The notes under the pieces were generated by a model. The model was not told where the DNA came from. It worked only from the letters and a program-made list of their open reading frames with translations, and searched no databases. Position numbers and translations under genes: made by a program. Shown here in pieces: positions 45,913 through 54,547 of a stretch of DNA of 64,000 nt (position 1 is its first letter; every line of letters starts with the position of its first letter). The DNA comes from an uncultured Chloroflexia bacterium (GTDB taxonomy: Bacteria; Chloroflexota; Anaerolineae; Anaerolineales; UBA11858). Location: the NCBI GenBank assembly GCA_963783765.1, contig CAWAOV010000002.1:18927-82926 (forward strand), read 5' to 3'.

Positions 45913-45942
45913 GAAACGGTTCCCTGTGGAGGAAACCGTTTC
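45913..45942 (-). terminator. GGAAACGGTTTCC-family hairpin, copy 2 (one arm lacks a T)
   Basis: GAAACGGTTCC-ctgtgga-GGAAACCGTTTC; the minus strand is followed by T7. Lies downstream of the histidine-kinase gene. Confidence 0.65.
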
Positions 45943-46003
45943 CCTATTATTATATCAGAGATGGATGCGGGGTCCTGGAAGGGATCAGGCATCCTGGTTT
46001 AAA

Positions 46004-46306
46004 CTAGACAGCGACCGGCAGGGTAACCGTGAAGGCTCGTACCCTCCCCTTCCCGGCTTTCAACCAGATCGATCCGCCGTGGGCTGTCACCAGCTGGCGG
46101 GCAATGGCCAATCCCAAACCGCTGCCGCCGCTGGCCCGGCTGCGGCTTTTATCCCCTTTCCAGAAGCGGTCAAAAATAAATGGCAGGTCCCCGGGTTTTA
46201 TGCCTTGCCCGGTATCCTGAATAGTGACCAGCAGGGACGATTCATCCCGGGCTGTACTCAGGGTGATCTCTCCCCCCTCCGTTGTGTAGCGCAGGGCGTT
46301 ATTCAC
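46004..46306 (-). CDS. Sensor histidine kinase, HATPase_c fragment
   Basis: The frame is open from about 46362: DDLQVEGDWQRLDQVFGNLVNNALRYT (N box), DTGQGI, GSGLGLAIA. Confidence 0.8.
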   Translation of the reverse strand: MNNALRYTTEGGEITLSTARDESSLLVTIQDTGQGIKPGDLPFIFDRFWKGDKSRSRASGGSGLGLAIARQLVTAHGGSIWLKAGKGRVRAFTVTLPVAV

Positions 46307-46347
46307 CAGGTTGCCAAATACCTGGTCCAGGCGCTGCCAATCACCCT

Positions 46348-47304
46348 CTACTTGCAGATCATCCCGGTTTCAGGGTTCTCCAGGACCAGCGTGATCCCGC
46401 TTTCCTCTGCCCTGCCGCTGAAGCTGGTCTTTACGTCTTCCAGCAGCTCCCGGATCGACAGGGTCTGAAAGTGATAATCCAGTGTGCCGGATTCGGCCAT
46501 GGACAGGGTCTGCAGATCCTCCACCAGGCGCTGCAGCAGGCGGGTCTCTTCCAGCATGGATCGGAAATAGTCCGGGGAGGCCTCATAAACGCCGTCCAGG
46601 GCGCCTTCCAGGTTGCCCTGCAGAATGTGCAGGGGTGTGCGCAGCTCATGGGCGACATCAGCGGTCAGGTTTTGACGCTGGATCTCAGCGCCCTCCAGTT
46701 CATCCGCCATGTGATTAAAGGATTGGGCCAATTTCAGGAACTCGCGGTCGCCTTCTTCTTTGACCCGGACACTGAAATCGCCCTCGGATAAAGCCTCGGC
46801 CGCGCTCATCACATCCGCCAGGGGATTCACCCAGCGGCGCATACCCAATGAGCCAATGATCATACCGACGATTGGCACTAAAAAGGGGATGGCGCAGAAG
46901 GTCAGCCGCCGGAGTTCCTTGGAGCCTAATAATTCCTGGTTGCCGCCGATCACCAGGCCCAGCACCACACCCACGATCAGGATCGGAAGCCCCATGAATA
47001 CAAAGACGCCCAAAAAACGGAAGCCCATTTTGCGGCGCTGCTCCAGGTGGGGTTTGGCAAAATGCTCAAATCCCTTTTGCCAGGGAGGTCCATACGCACC
47101 CTTTTTCCAATCCTTATACCGCTGATGGGGAGGATGTGCTGACTGGGGCGGTGTTTTTTCATAACACTTCTCCCAGGAATTTATATCCAAAACCATATAC
47201 TGTCTGAATGTAGATCGGATCGGCTGGATCAGGTTCGATCTTTTTACGAAGATTTTTAATATGGGAGTCCACGCTGCGGTCCACCCCCTCAAAAACCACC
47301 CCAT
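46348..47304 (-). CDS. Sensor histidine kinase, TM/HAMP/HisKA fragment
   Basis: Two TM helices, HAMP, H-box ADVAHELRTPL. The upstream ~45 codons overlap the response-regulator gene and are probably not translated. Confidence 0.8.
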   Translation of the reverse strand: MGWFLRGWTAAWTPILKIFVKRSNLIQPIRSTFRQYMVLDINSWEKCYEKTPPQSAHPPHQRYKDWKKGAYGPPWQKGFEHFAKPHLEQRRKMGFRFLGVFVFMGLPILIVGVVLGLVIGGNQELLGSKELRRLTFCAIPFLVPIVGMIIGSLGMRRWVNPLADVMSAAEALSEGDFSVRVKEEGDREFLKLAQSFNHMADELEGAEIQRQNLTADVAHELRTPLHILQGNLEGALDGVYEASPDYFRSMLEETRLLQRLVEDLQTLSMAESGTLDYHFQTLSIRELLEDVKTSFSGRAEESGITLVLENPETGMICK

Positions 47305-47848
47305 GCAGGCGCTCCAGGAGCTGCTCCCGGCTTAAAGGCTGCCCTTCATGTTTGACCAGGGCTTCCAGCACCAGATATTCACTTCTGGTCAGGCGAACGA
47401 TCTCGCCGCTAAGTTTAACTTCCATTCTCTTAAGATCCAGTTCCAGATCACCCGACCGCAGGATCTCTTCACCCAGCAGATCCCCTTTAGCCCGGCGCAG
47501 TAAAGCCCGCACCCTGGCTACTAAAGCCCGGGGCGAGAAGGGCTTGGTGATGTAATCATCGGCGCCCAATTCCAGGCCGATCAGCTGATCGGTTTCCTCA
47601 GCCCGGGCCGTGAGCATGATGATCGGCACATCCGATTCCCGCCTCAGTGCCCGGCAGACATCCAGACCGTCCATGCCCGGTAACATCAGGTCCAGAACGA
47701 TCAGGTCAGGTTTTTCCTGGCGGGCAATGGCCAGCGCCTGGACGCCGTCCCCGCTGGTCAGTACTTTAAAGCCGTTATCAACCAGGTAATCTTTGGCCAG
47801 CTGGGTGATTTTGGGTTCGTCATCTACAACCAGGATGATTTCATTCAT
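47159..47848 (-). CDS. OmpR-family response regulator
   Basis: ILVVDDE, DLIVLDLMLPGMDG, winged-helix YIQTVYGFGYKF. Confidence 0.9.
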   Translation of the reverse strand: MNEIILVVDDEPKITQLAKDYLVDNGFKVLTSGDGVQALAIARQEKPDLIVLDLMLPGMDGLDVCRALRRESDVPIIMLTARAEETDQLIGLELGADDYITKPFSPRALVARVRALLRRAKGDLLGEEILRSGDLELDLKRMEVKLSGEIVRLTRSEYLVLEALVKHEGQPLSREQLLERLHGVVFEGVDRSVDSHIKNLRKKIEPDPADPIYIQTVYGFGYKFLGEVL

Positions 47849-47973
47849 ATCGTATGATCCAGATCTTTATTATTGGTAGGATAACACAGCTTTAGATTCC
47901 ATTTTTAGAGATCTCTGGCAAAACCAGATACGGGAGAATATCTCCCGTATCTGGTATCAAATGTACAACTGAT

Positions 47974-48426
47974 TTACTCGTCGCCCTCAGGTGGGGTCTC
48001 ATCTTCAGCTTCTTCCTTGATGGGATAGGCTGCCCAGGGGCCGCAATGGTGCGGGCCAAAGTGGTAGGGGTGGTGCTTGAATCTGTTATGCTTCCAGGCT
48101 TTCATTTCATCCCAATCGGGTCCACCTTCGGTTTTCCAGCGCTTGAACATCACCAATCCCACGATCGAAGTGATCAGTTTGATCAGCAGCATCCCGCCGA
48201 AAAAGATCACCAGCAAGGGCAGGAAGGATCCACCCATTGGAAAGTAACCTTTCATATGGGGGTAAAAATAGGGCGCTGTGATCTCGCCGCCCTCTACCGC
48301 CGCGCCCTGCAGGAATCCAGCCTGGAACGCGGAGCGGGCCATAAAGGTGCCGCCTGCAATCAGCAGGATCACCATAAAGATCTTGAATCCAATACCCCAT
48401 CCGGGGTTTCTGTAGAAAAACATCAT
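47974..48426 (-). CDS. Small membrane protein with His/Pro/Trp-rich and acidic C-terminus
   Basis: Two TM helices, then KHNRFKHHPYHFGPHHCGPWAAYP and EEAEDETPPEGDE. Confidence 0.4.
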   Translation of the reverse strand: MMFFYRNPGWGIGFKIFMVILLIAGGTFMARSAFQAGFLQGAAVEGGEITAPYFYPHMKGYFPMGGSFLPLLVIFFGGMLLIKLITSIVGLVMFKRWKTEGGPDWDEMKAWKHNRFKHHPYHFGPHHCGPWAAYPIKEEAEDETPPEGDE

Positions 48427-48550
48427 TACCTCCTCTTAGGTACTATTTAGCTTCTACAGGGACAGTATCCCCTTAAATTGTGGAGAAACGATGGAGGAGT
48501 TGGAGAAGAATTCAGTAATTTTTTAGGACTTTATTTGCTTAAATGAAAAA

Positions 48551-48583
48551 GAGAAACGGTTTCCTGGGAGGAAACCGTTTCCC
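48551..48583 (-). terminator. GGAAACGGTTTCC-family hairpin, copy 3
   Basis: GAGAAACGGTTTCC-tgg-GAGGAAACCGTTTCCC; the minus strand is followed by CTCTTTTTC. Lies 22 nt downstream of the stop at 48605. Confidence 0.65.
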
Positions 48584-48604
48584 TTTGTAAACTCATTTGG
48601 TTTT

Positions 48605-49387
48605 TTATTGTCTTGAGTAGCTATCCACAATAATTCTCAGTAAATCCCCGTACAATTCAATCTCCCCGGGTTCTTCTCCGGAAAGGAAGAAAAAGATATT
48701 GGACTCACCGTCCACGATTTCAAGGTCGTAAGCCCAGATGAAATAACCATCCGAGTCGGTCCATTCCATTTGATGCAGATAAGCATCCTCTCCAGTCGGT
48801 ACCTGATAGGGAGCCGCAGAGATCAGCAGGAAAGTTCCTTCCTGGGATTCTTCCATTAACAATTCCATGACATCATCAGCGATCATCTCGGCCGTTGAGC
48901 CTTCATCAACCAGATCCTCTCCCACATAAAGGTAGGTGTAGCTGTTGGGATCATAGAAGGTCACTGAGTATTCTTCTTCCTCTATATTCCAACCGGATGG
49001 ATACTGGAAATTGGCCGGGAAATCACTGCCAGAATAAAAAGTCAAGGGGATAGAATAGGCGTCATCATTTGAACCAGAATCGGGTAAGTCAGCTTCGGGA
49101 TCATCTTCCAGGGTGGGATCAACACTGTCATCCAGATATTCATCAAATTCAGGTATCAGGGCAGGATCATCCAGGTAATCCCCCAAAGGGATATATTCTT
49201 CGATCCTGCTTCGAAGATCGATTCCCAGGGGGGAAAAATCAGTAAAAAACGTCAGGAAGACCAGGGAACCAAGACAGCAAAAAGTGATCACAAAAAATAT
49301 CACCAGGCCAAGGCAGCCCCACAGGAGACAATTTTTCTTTTTCGGCTGGGCATCTGTTGATGGGATGGATGGTGAATCAATACTCAT
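48605..49387 (-). CDS. Hypothetical membrane-anchored acidic protein
   Basis: N-terminal Cys-rich TM helix and an acidic ectodomain; no recognised motif. Confidence 0.4.
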   Translation of the reverse strand: MSIDSPSIPSTDAQPKKKNCLLWGCLGLVIFFVITFCCLGSLVFLTFFTDFSPLGIDLRSRIEEYIPLGDYLDDPALIPEFDEYLDDSVDPTLEDDPEADLPDSGSNDDAYSIPLTFYSGSDFPANFQYPSGWNIEEEEYSVTFYDPNSYTYLYVGEDLVDEGSTAEMIADDVMELLMEESQEGTFLLISAAPYQVPTGEDAYLHQMEWTDSDGYFIWAYDLEIVDGESNIFFFLSGEEPGEIELYGDLLRIIVDSYSRQ

Positions 49388-49614
49388 AAATTCCTCCTCA
49401 ATAAATGGTTAGTTGGATTTTAACATCAAAACCGAATGAAACCGTATCAAACCCGGAAAGGTTATTTTTTCCTGGCAGAGAACTGCGCCATCCGGCTTTT
49501 TATGCTCAGGTTTAATCTTCAAAAAAATAACTGTGAATCTTGAGATGTAACATCAGGAAGGATAAACACGTTGATAGGTTAATACAATAGCTATTTAATA
49601 GTAGTGTAAAATCA

Positions 49615-50973
49615 ATGAAACTTATTGTTACGATCCTGGAGGCTTTAATGAACCTCAATAAACAACTCTATCTCGCCCTGGCGCTTCTTCTCCTGTCAGC
49701 CCTGGCCTGTGAATATTTACCCTCACCTGAGCCGACCTTGCCCCCCGAGGATGTGATCGCCACCTCCGTTGCAGCCACGGTAGCTGCCGGGGAAGCATCA
49801 CCAACAGCAGACCCCGGGGTTCCGGCAGACACACCAGCGCCGCCCCCATTTCTGCGAATTGCCTTAGCCAAAGACGGCGATGTCTGGTACTGGGAAGAAG
49901 GTGCCGCCCCTGTTCAGCTGACCTCCCTGGGAGATGTACTTTCAGTTTACCTGTCCAGCGACGGAGCGGTGATCGCCTTTATCCGTCAGTACGATTGGGA
50001 AAATCACGAGCTCTACGCTGTCAATTCTGATGGTTCTAACGTCCGCCTCCTGGTGAGCCTGGCAGACTTTGCCACCATGATCACACAACCGGATGCTATT
50101 TCAGCCATTCCCTACCGGGTGGCCTGGGTTCCTGGAACGCATACCCTGGCCTTTAACACCCGCTTGACCTTTGAAGGTCCGGGGTTGATCCTGCCGGATG
50201 AACTGCGTCTGGTCAATGCAGATACTGCGGCAATCAGTGTGTTAATGCCGCCGGGAACCGCAGGAGATTTTTATTATTCTCCGGATGGATCCCAGATCGC
50301 CCTGGTCAACAGCACCATGATCAGCGTGGTGGATGCGGACGGCACCAACCGCCGGGATCTGCTGACCTTCCCCTTTATCATCACCTATAGTGAATATGCT
50401 CTATACCCCACAGTGTTCTGGTCCCAGGACAGCAGCTTCCTTCGGGCAGTGATCCCGGGGGAGGATCCTCTCAACGTTCCCCCTGACCCAACTACAATCT
50501 GGCATTTGCCGGCAGATGGATCTCCCTCCAGCGTTTTAACAACCCTGGCGGCAGTGCCATTTTTCCAGGAGGCTGTCCACCTCTCACCTGATACAAATAA
50601 GATTGCCTACCTAACCATGGTCACACCCGGGGCTCCTCCCATAGTCGATCTGCACATCGCCAACGCCGATGGCAGTGGAGATGTCCTGTACAATTCCGGG
50701 GACCGGCAGTTTGAAGCCTGGTCAACCGATGGAGAGCATTTTATCTTTACGGAAGCCGGGCATTACCCCAAGGTTGGAAGAATTGGATATCCTCCCCAGG
50801 ATCTGTTAGGCATCACACTGCTGCTGGATGTCAGCTGGGTGGACGAAACTCGCTTTTTATACCTGAACCGCCTCAGCGGCAGCTGGGAGTTATGGCTTCG
50901 GGAGCTAGGCACACCCGGCGTATTGCTGGCCAGCACAACCGCAGAACGGATTGGTTATGATTTTGTGAAATAG
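49615..50973 (+). CDS. Lipoprotein with TolB-like PD40 beta-propeller repeats
   Basis: The likely start is 49648 (MNLNKQLYLALALLLLSALAC). Repeated SSDGAVIAF, YSPDGSQIALV, LSPDTNKIAYL and WSTDGEHFIF blades. Confidence 0.6.
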   Translation: MKLIVTILEALMNLNKQLYLALALLLLSALACEYLPSPEPTLPPEDVIATSVAATVAAGEASPTADPGVPADTPAPPPFLRIALAKDGDVWYWEEGAAPVQLTSLGDVLSVYLSSDGAVIAFIRQYDWENHELYAVNSDGSNVRLLVSLADFATMITQPDAISAIPYRVAWVPGTHTLAFNTRLTFEGPGLILPDELRLVNADTAAISVLMPPGTAGDFYYSPDGSQIALVNSTMISVVDADGTNRRDLLTFPFIITYSEYALYPTVFWSQDSSFLRAVIPGEDPLNVPPDPTTIWHLPADGSPSSVLTTLAAVPFFQEAVHLSPDTNKIAYLTMVTPGAPPIVDLHIANADGSGDVLYNSGDRQFEAWSTDGEHFIFTEAGHYPKVGRIGYPPQDLLGITLLLDVSWVDETRFLYLNRLSGSWELWLRELGTPGVLLASTTAERIGYDFVK

Positions 50974-50983
50974 TGTCGAACGA

Positions 50984-50998
50984 AGGAAACGGTTTCCT
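50984..50998 (+). repeat. GGAAACGGTTTCC-family half unit
   Basis: AGGAAAC-G-GTTTCCT single palindrome, 11 nt after the stop at 50973. Confidence 0.5.
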
Positions 50999-51032
50999 GA
51001 GAAAGTTAATTGGATCCCGCATGTTTTCCAAG

Positions 51033-51061
51033 AAAAAAGCACTCCAGCCGGAGTGCTTTTT
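51033..51061. terminator. Bidirectional intrinsic terminator
   Basis: A6-GCACTCC-AGCC-GGAGTGC-T5 between convergent genes. Confidence 0.75.
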
Positions 51062-51089
51062 GATATCTATTGAGCGGATGATCTTACCT

Positions 51090-52082
51090 TCATTTATCTT
51101 TGTCCTTTTCGTCTTCCTTGTCTTCTTTCTCAGCATCCTTATCTGCTTTATCAGCTTCCTTTTCGTCTTCCTTCGCTGCTTTATCGGCTTCCTTTTCGTC
51201 TTCCTTCTCTTCTTTTTCCGCCTCTTTTTCGTCTTCCTTCGCTTCCTTCTCTTCTTCCTTCTCTTCTTTCTCCAGGTCCTTTTCGTCTTCCTTCTCTTCT
51301 TTCTCCAGGTCTTTTTCGTCTTCCTTTTCTTCTTCTTCCAGGTCTTTTTCGTCTATGTCCTGGATTACTTCATCTTCAATAACAGCCTCATCCAGAATGA
51401 ATTCTTCCTCAGGACTATCTACAAATGTATACCTTCTGGTTTGGATTTGTGTGATATCTACGCTCTCAAACAAATCAGTACTGTTTTTGTCATTCTTACC
51501 TCCATCGAGATTCAATGTTTTATAATTTCCTGCTTGATTATCCGGCGAATCCGGCAGTCCATAATTACTTGAGAATATGGTGTTATCTGGCAAGGATTTT
51601 CCAGGAATGGGCCTGACCATCAGCAGGTCTCCAATCTGTTCAAAACTAAAAAAGAGTGTGCTGAAAACATCCTCCGCTAATCCGGAAGCAGAAGCTGAAA
51701 GAGTGAAAAAACCGCCCGCCAGGATCAGAACCACTGACAACGTGGCAAAACGATAGGCAGGCTGCAGCCGTTTGAGGGATCTTGCCCAGCGGTCCAGCAC
51801 CCTTTCGCGGGGAGGTTGGATAGGTTTGGGCTCCAGGAAACGGCCCTCTGCCTGCATGGTGGCTATTTCTGCCAGCATTTCATTTTTACCCTGGCGCAGG
51901 GCAGTATACCCAGGGACGGGCTGCGGCAGAGCCCTGCTTAACATGGCAACCAGAAGCAGGGGTTTTAATGATTCAGCCAGCGCTGGATAAACAGACAGGA
52001 TCTCTATCAAGGATTCGCCCCGATCCATCCTTGATAAACAATCCTCTAAAATGCGGTCAAATTTGCGCGGCATCATAAACAT
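51090..52082 (-). CDS. Anti-sigma-like single-pass membrane protein with E/K/D hendecad-repeat tail
   Basis: The N-domain is paralogous to 44968..45309; TM FATLSVVLILAGGFFTLSASA; tail EKEDEKDLEKE x about 8. ATGA coupling to the sigma gene if the start is 52076. Confidence 0.6.
   Translation of the reverse strand: MFMMPRKFDRILEDCLSRMDRGESLIEILSVYPALAESLKPLLLVAMLSRALPQPVPGYTALRQGKNEMLAEIATMQAEGRFLEPKPIQPPRERVLDRWARSLKRLQPAYRFATLSVVLILAGGFFTLSASASGLAEDVFSTLFFSFEQIGDLLMVRPIPGKSLPDNTIFSSNYGLPDSPDNQAGNYKTLNLDGGKNDKNSTDLFESVDITQIQTRRYTFVDSPEEEFILDEAVIEDEVIQDIDEKDLEEEEKEDEKDLEKEEKEDEKDLEKEEKEEEKEAKEDEKEAEKEEKEDEKEADKAAKEDEKEADKADKDAEKEDKEDEKDKDK
51100..51360 (-). repeat. 33-nt (11-aa) tandem coding repeats EKEDEKDLEKE / EKEAEKEEKED
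   Basis: The + strand shows reiterated TCCAGGTCYTTTTCGTCTTCCTTCTCTTCTTTC units. Confidence 0.75.
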
Positions 52083-52672
52083 TTTTCATTTTCCAGGGCA
52101 ACCTGGAGGGATTGTAAAGCCTGGCGCTGCAGGGATTGAATAGCCCGTTGGCTTTTATTGGTGATCTTCACCAGATCCTTTACCGACCGTCCTTCCACTA
52201 AACGATGGACGATGATGCTTTTTTCCTGATCATTCAGGTGGCTGATGGCCAGCTCAAAACAGCGGTTGGCGCTTTTATCCATCAAATCCTGATCTGACCC
52301 TGAGTTGGCAGAGGTGAATAGTTCCGGTTGGTAGGCGACCTGTTTTTCATTCACCAGATCGCGGGCGATATCATACAACCATGATAAAAATGTGGTTTTT
52401 TTATTCTTGAATTGAGGAAGCTTTTGGATCATTAAAACAAATACTTCCGTGCAAAACTGCTCGGCGGTGGATTTGTCACTCACCCGATAATAAAGATAGG
52501 TATAAATATCCAGATAGTGGCGCTCGTAAAGGGTCTCTGCGGCTCTTCTATCCCCCGTTTGAGCCCTGTACAGGAGCGCTTTTTCGTTGATATCCATAGA
52601 GGTCGATTTACCCTGCCCCGGGGGCAAGGACCTGCTTTTGATCAACTTTCTACATGTTAGGGTAAGTTTCAT
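52073..52672 (-). CDS. ECF-type sigma-70 factor (intact paralogue)
   Basis: RAQTGDRRAAETLYERHYLDIYTYLYYRVSD, FLSWLYDIARDLV, region 4 LNDQEKSIIVHRLVEGRSVKDLVKITNKSQRAIQSLQRQALQSL. The probable start is 52597 (SMD Met). Confidence 0.8.
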   Translation of the reverse strand: MKLTLTCRKLIKSRSLPPGQGKSTSMDINEKALLYRAQTGDRRAAETLYERHYLDIYTYLYYRVSDKSTAEQFCTEVFVLMIQKLPQFKNKKTTFLSWLYDIARDLVNEKQVAYQPELFTSANSGSDQDLMDKSANRCFELAISHLNDQEKSIIVHRLVEGRSVKDLVKITNKSQRAIQSLQRQALQSLQVALENEKCL

Positions 52673-52867
52673 TCTAGCATAAATAAGTGGGAAAAAAAGA
52701 GCTGAAACAAGGTTAGAAAAACAAGAAATACCAGATATGGGGGATAGGGCTCAGGACACCGCCAGAGAGACGGGGTTGGGTCGCTGCGCTCCCGACGGGA
52801 TTGAGCCCTGCGGGCTCGACCGAAGACCGGAGATGGATGGTACTCGGCCGACGGAGAACGGTTTGCT

Positions 52868-52906
52868 GTCATTGCGAGGACGAACGAGTGAGCAACGAAG
52901 CAATCT
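52868..52906 (+). repeat. GTCATTGCGAG...ACGAAGCAATC element, copy B (short form)
   Basis: GTCATTGCGAGgacgaacgagtgagcaACGAAGCAATCT inside a 440-bp gene-free region. Confidence 0.6.
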
Positions 52907-53116
52907 AAACTATCGTAGACCTGATGCCGCCCACGAAGATGAATGATATCCGGAAGCAGAACGTATAAACAAGGTTGTAATACCCTGATATAATTCACTC
53001 AGCTTCCTTGGTCTTCGCTGTAGTTCACTTCGTCAGTTCCGCAAGCACCAATTTCCTCGCTCTCCCGTCTTCCGTCAGTTTTATCATACAATATCCTTAT
53101 ACATAACGGAGCATTC

Positions 53117-53452
53117 ATGGAAGAACTGAAAACCAACATCAGAGAATTCATCCACGCCCGCGACTGGGAACAGTATCACGCGCCCAAGAATCTGGCCATG
53201 GCGCTCAGCGCCGAAGTGGCCGAGATCCTGGAGATCTTTCAATGGAAAAAAGCAGCTGAACCTCTCAGCCCTGCCGAACAGGAACACTTGAGCCAGGAGA
53301 TCGGGGATGTGCTGATCTATCTGCTGGAGCTGGCAGATAAATTTGAGATCGATATCGTACAGGCTGCCAGTGACAAGCTGGTATTAAATGAAAAGAAGTA
53401 CCCGGTAGAACTGTCCAAAGGTAAAGCCAATAAATATACCGATTATCAATAA
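53117..53452 (+). CDS. MazG-like nucleotide pyrophosphohydrolase (all-alpha NTP-PPase)
   Basis: FIHARDWEQYHAPKNLAMALSAEVAEILEIFQW...EIGDVLIYLLELA. Confidence 0.8.
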   Translation: MEELKTNIREFIHARDWEQYHAPKNLAMALSAEVAEILEIFQWKKAAEPLSPAEQEHLSQEIGDVLIYLLELADKFEIDIVQAASDKLVLNEKKYPVELSKGKANKYTDYQ

Positions 53453-53698
53453 ATCCTCACTCGGACTGAAGAGATCAAGCAGCTCTATTCTGATCTAGAT
53501 CCAGGCGCTCCATGCCCTGTCTTGATGAATATCTACTTATTGTCCTCCTCAGGGAGGACTTTTAGATCATGATGCCGCTCCCCAAATCGACCCTGCCAGA
53601 AAAATAAAGACAAACCATCAAAAACCGGGATTAATATACTTCCAATAAACCAGGGATGGAAAACTAGTAGAATGGAATAAACTAGAAGGAGCAAAAAA

Positions 53699-54547
53699 AT
53701 GGAAATCTATTTCTTGGTAATATTACTCGGGCTGATTATTTTCTTCCTGGGGATCAAGATCCTCCGGCCTGTAGAAGTGGGAATCATCGAATTCCTGGGC
53801 CGGTATTCAAAAACTGGCGGCGCTGGTTTTAACTGGATCGTTCCTTTCCTCTCAAAAATGTATCGCATCAACATTACGGAACGCCGGGTGGATATTGATC
53901 CACAATCAATTATTACCAAAGACAAATTAAATGCAGTAGTTGATGGTGTGGTCTATTACAAAGTAGAAGATGCCCAAAAAGCGATTTATAACGTGGAAAG
54001 CTATCAAACCTCGGTACCATCTCTGGCAAAAACAACGCTCAGGGCTGTGATCGGAAAGATGACCCTCACAGAGGCGAACGAAAACAGAGATCAGATCAAC
54101 GAAGAAGTTGAAAAGATATTGTCCAAAGAAGTCACTAAATGGGGAATTGATGTTGTCCGGGTTGAACTGCAGCGCATTGAACCTCCGGATGATGTTCAGG
54201 AAGCCATGAACAAGGTTGTTAAAGCTGAAAATGAGAAGATCGCTGCTCTTGACCTGGCAACAGCCATTGAAACCAAAGCTGATGGAGAAAGGCGGGCTGA
54301 GATCAAAAAAGCAGAAGGTATCGCAGCTGCTATTCGATTAAAAGCGGATGCTGATGGAGACGCTATCAAGACAGTTAACGTTGCTGCCGAAGAATATTTT
54401 ATCGGTAATGCCCAGCTGCTTAAAAAACTGGAGACCGTCGCTGTAGCCTTAAAAGACAATACAAAGATCATTGTTCCCAATAATAGCGATCTTGTGAATG
54501 TGATCAGTGATATGGCAGGGGTGCAAGTACCTATCATCAAAAAATAA
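53699..54547 (+). CDS. SPFH/Band-7 (stomatin-like) protein
   Basis: N-terminal TM; PVEVGIIEFLGRY...; coiled-coil AENEKIAALDLA...ERRAEIKKAEG. Confidence 0.85.
   Translation: MEIYFLVILLGLIIFFLGIKILRPVEVGIIEFLGRYSKTGGAGFNWIVPFLSKMYRINITERRVDIDPQSIITKDKLNAVVDGVVYYKVEDAQKAIYNVESYQTSVPSLAKTTLRAVIGKMTLTEANENRDQINEEVEKILSKEVTKWGIDVVRVELQRIEPPDDVQEAMNKVVKAENEKIAALDLATAIETKADGERRAEIKKAEGIAAAIRLKADADGDAIKTVNVAAEEYFIGNAQLLKKLETVAVALKDNTKIIVPNNSDLVNVISDMAGVQVPIIKK

Noticed and set aside
7320-47304. Programmed ribosomal frameshifting as the explanation for the split genes
   Set aside because: The breaks are of both signs and lack slippery heptamers or downstream pseudoknots. They occur in unrelated gene families, which fits assembly error or pseudogenisation better.
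50973-51572. 199-aa and 141-aa Phe/Leu/Ser-rich ORFs on the + strand
   Set aside because: They are antisense translations of the GAA/AAG-rich E/K repeat of the anti-sigma-like gene. The periodicity is inherited from the other strand.
52669-52998. 109-aa minus-strand ORF upstream of the sigma gene
   Set aside because: It spans the repeat-bearing intergenic region, including the GTCATTGCGAG element. It has no RBS and no protein-like features, so it is probably non-coding.
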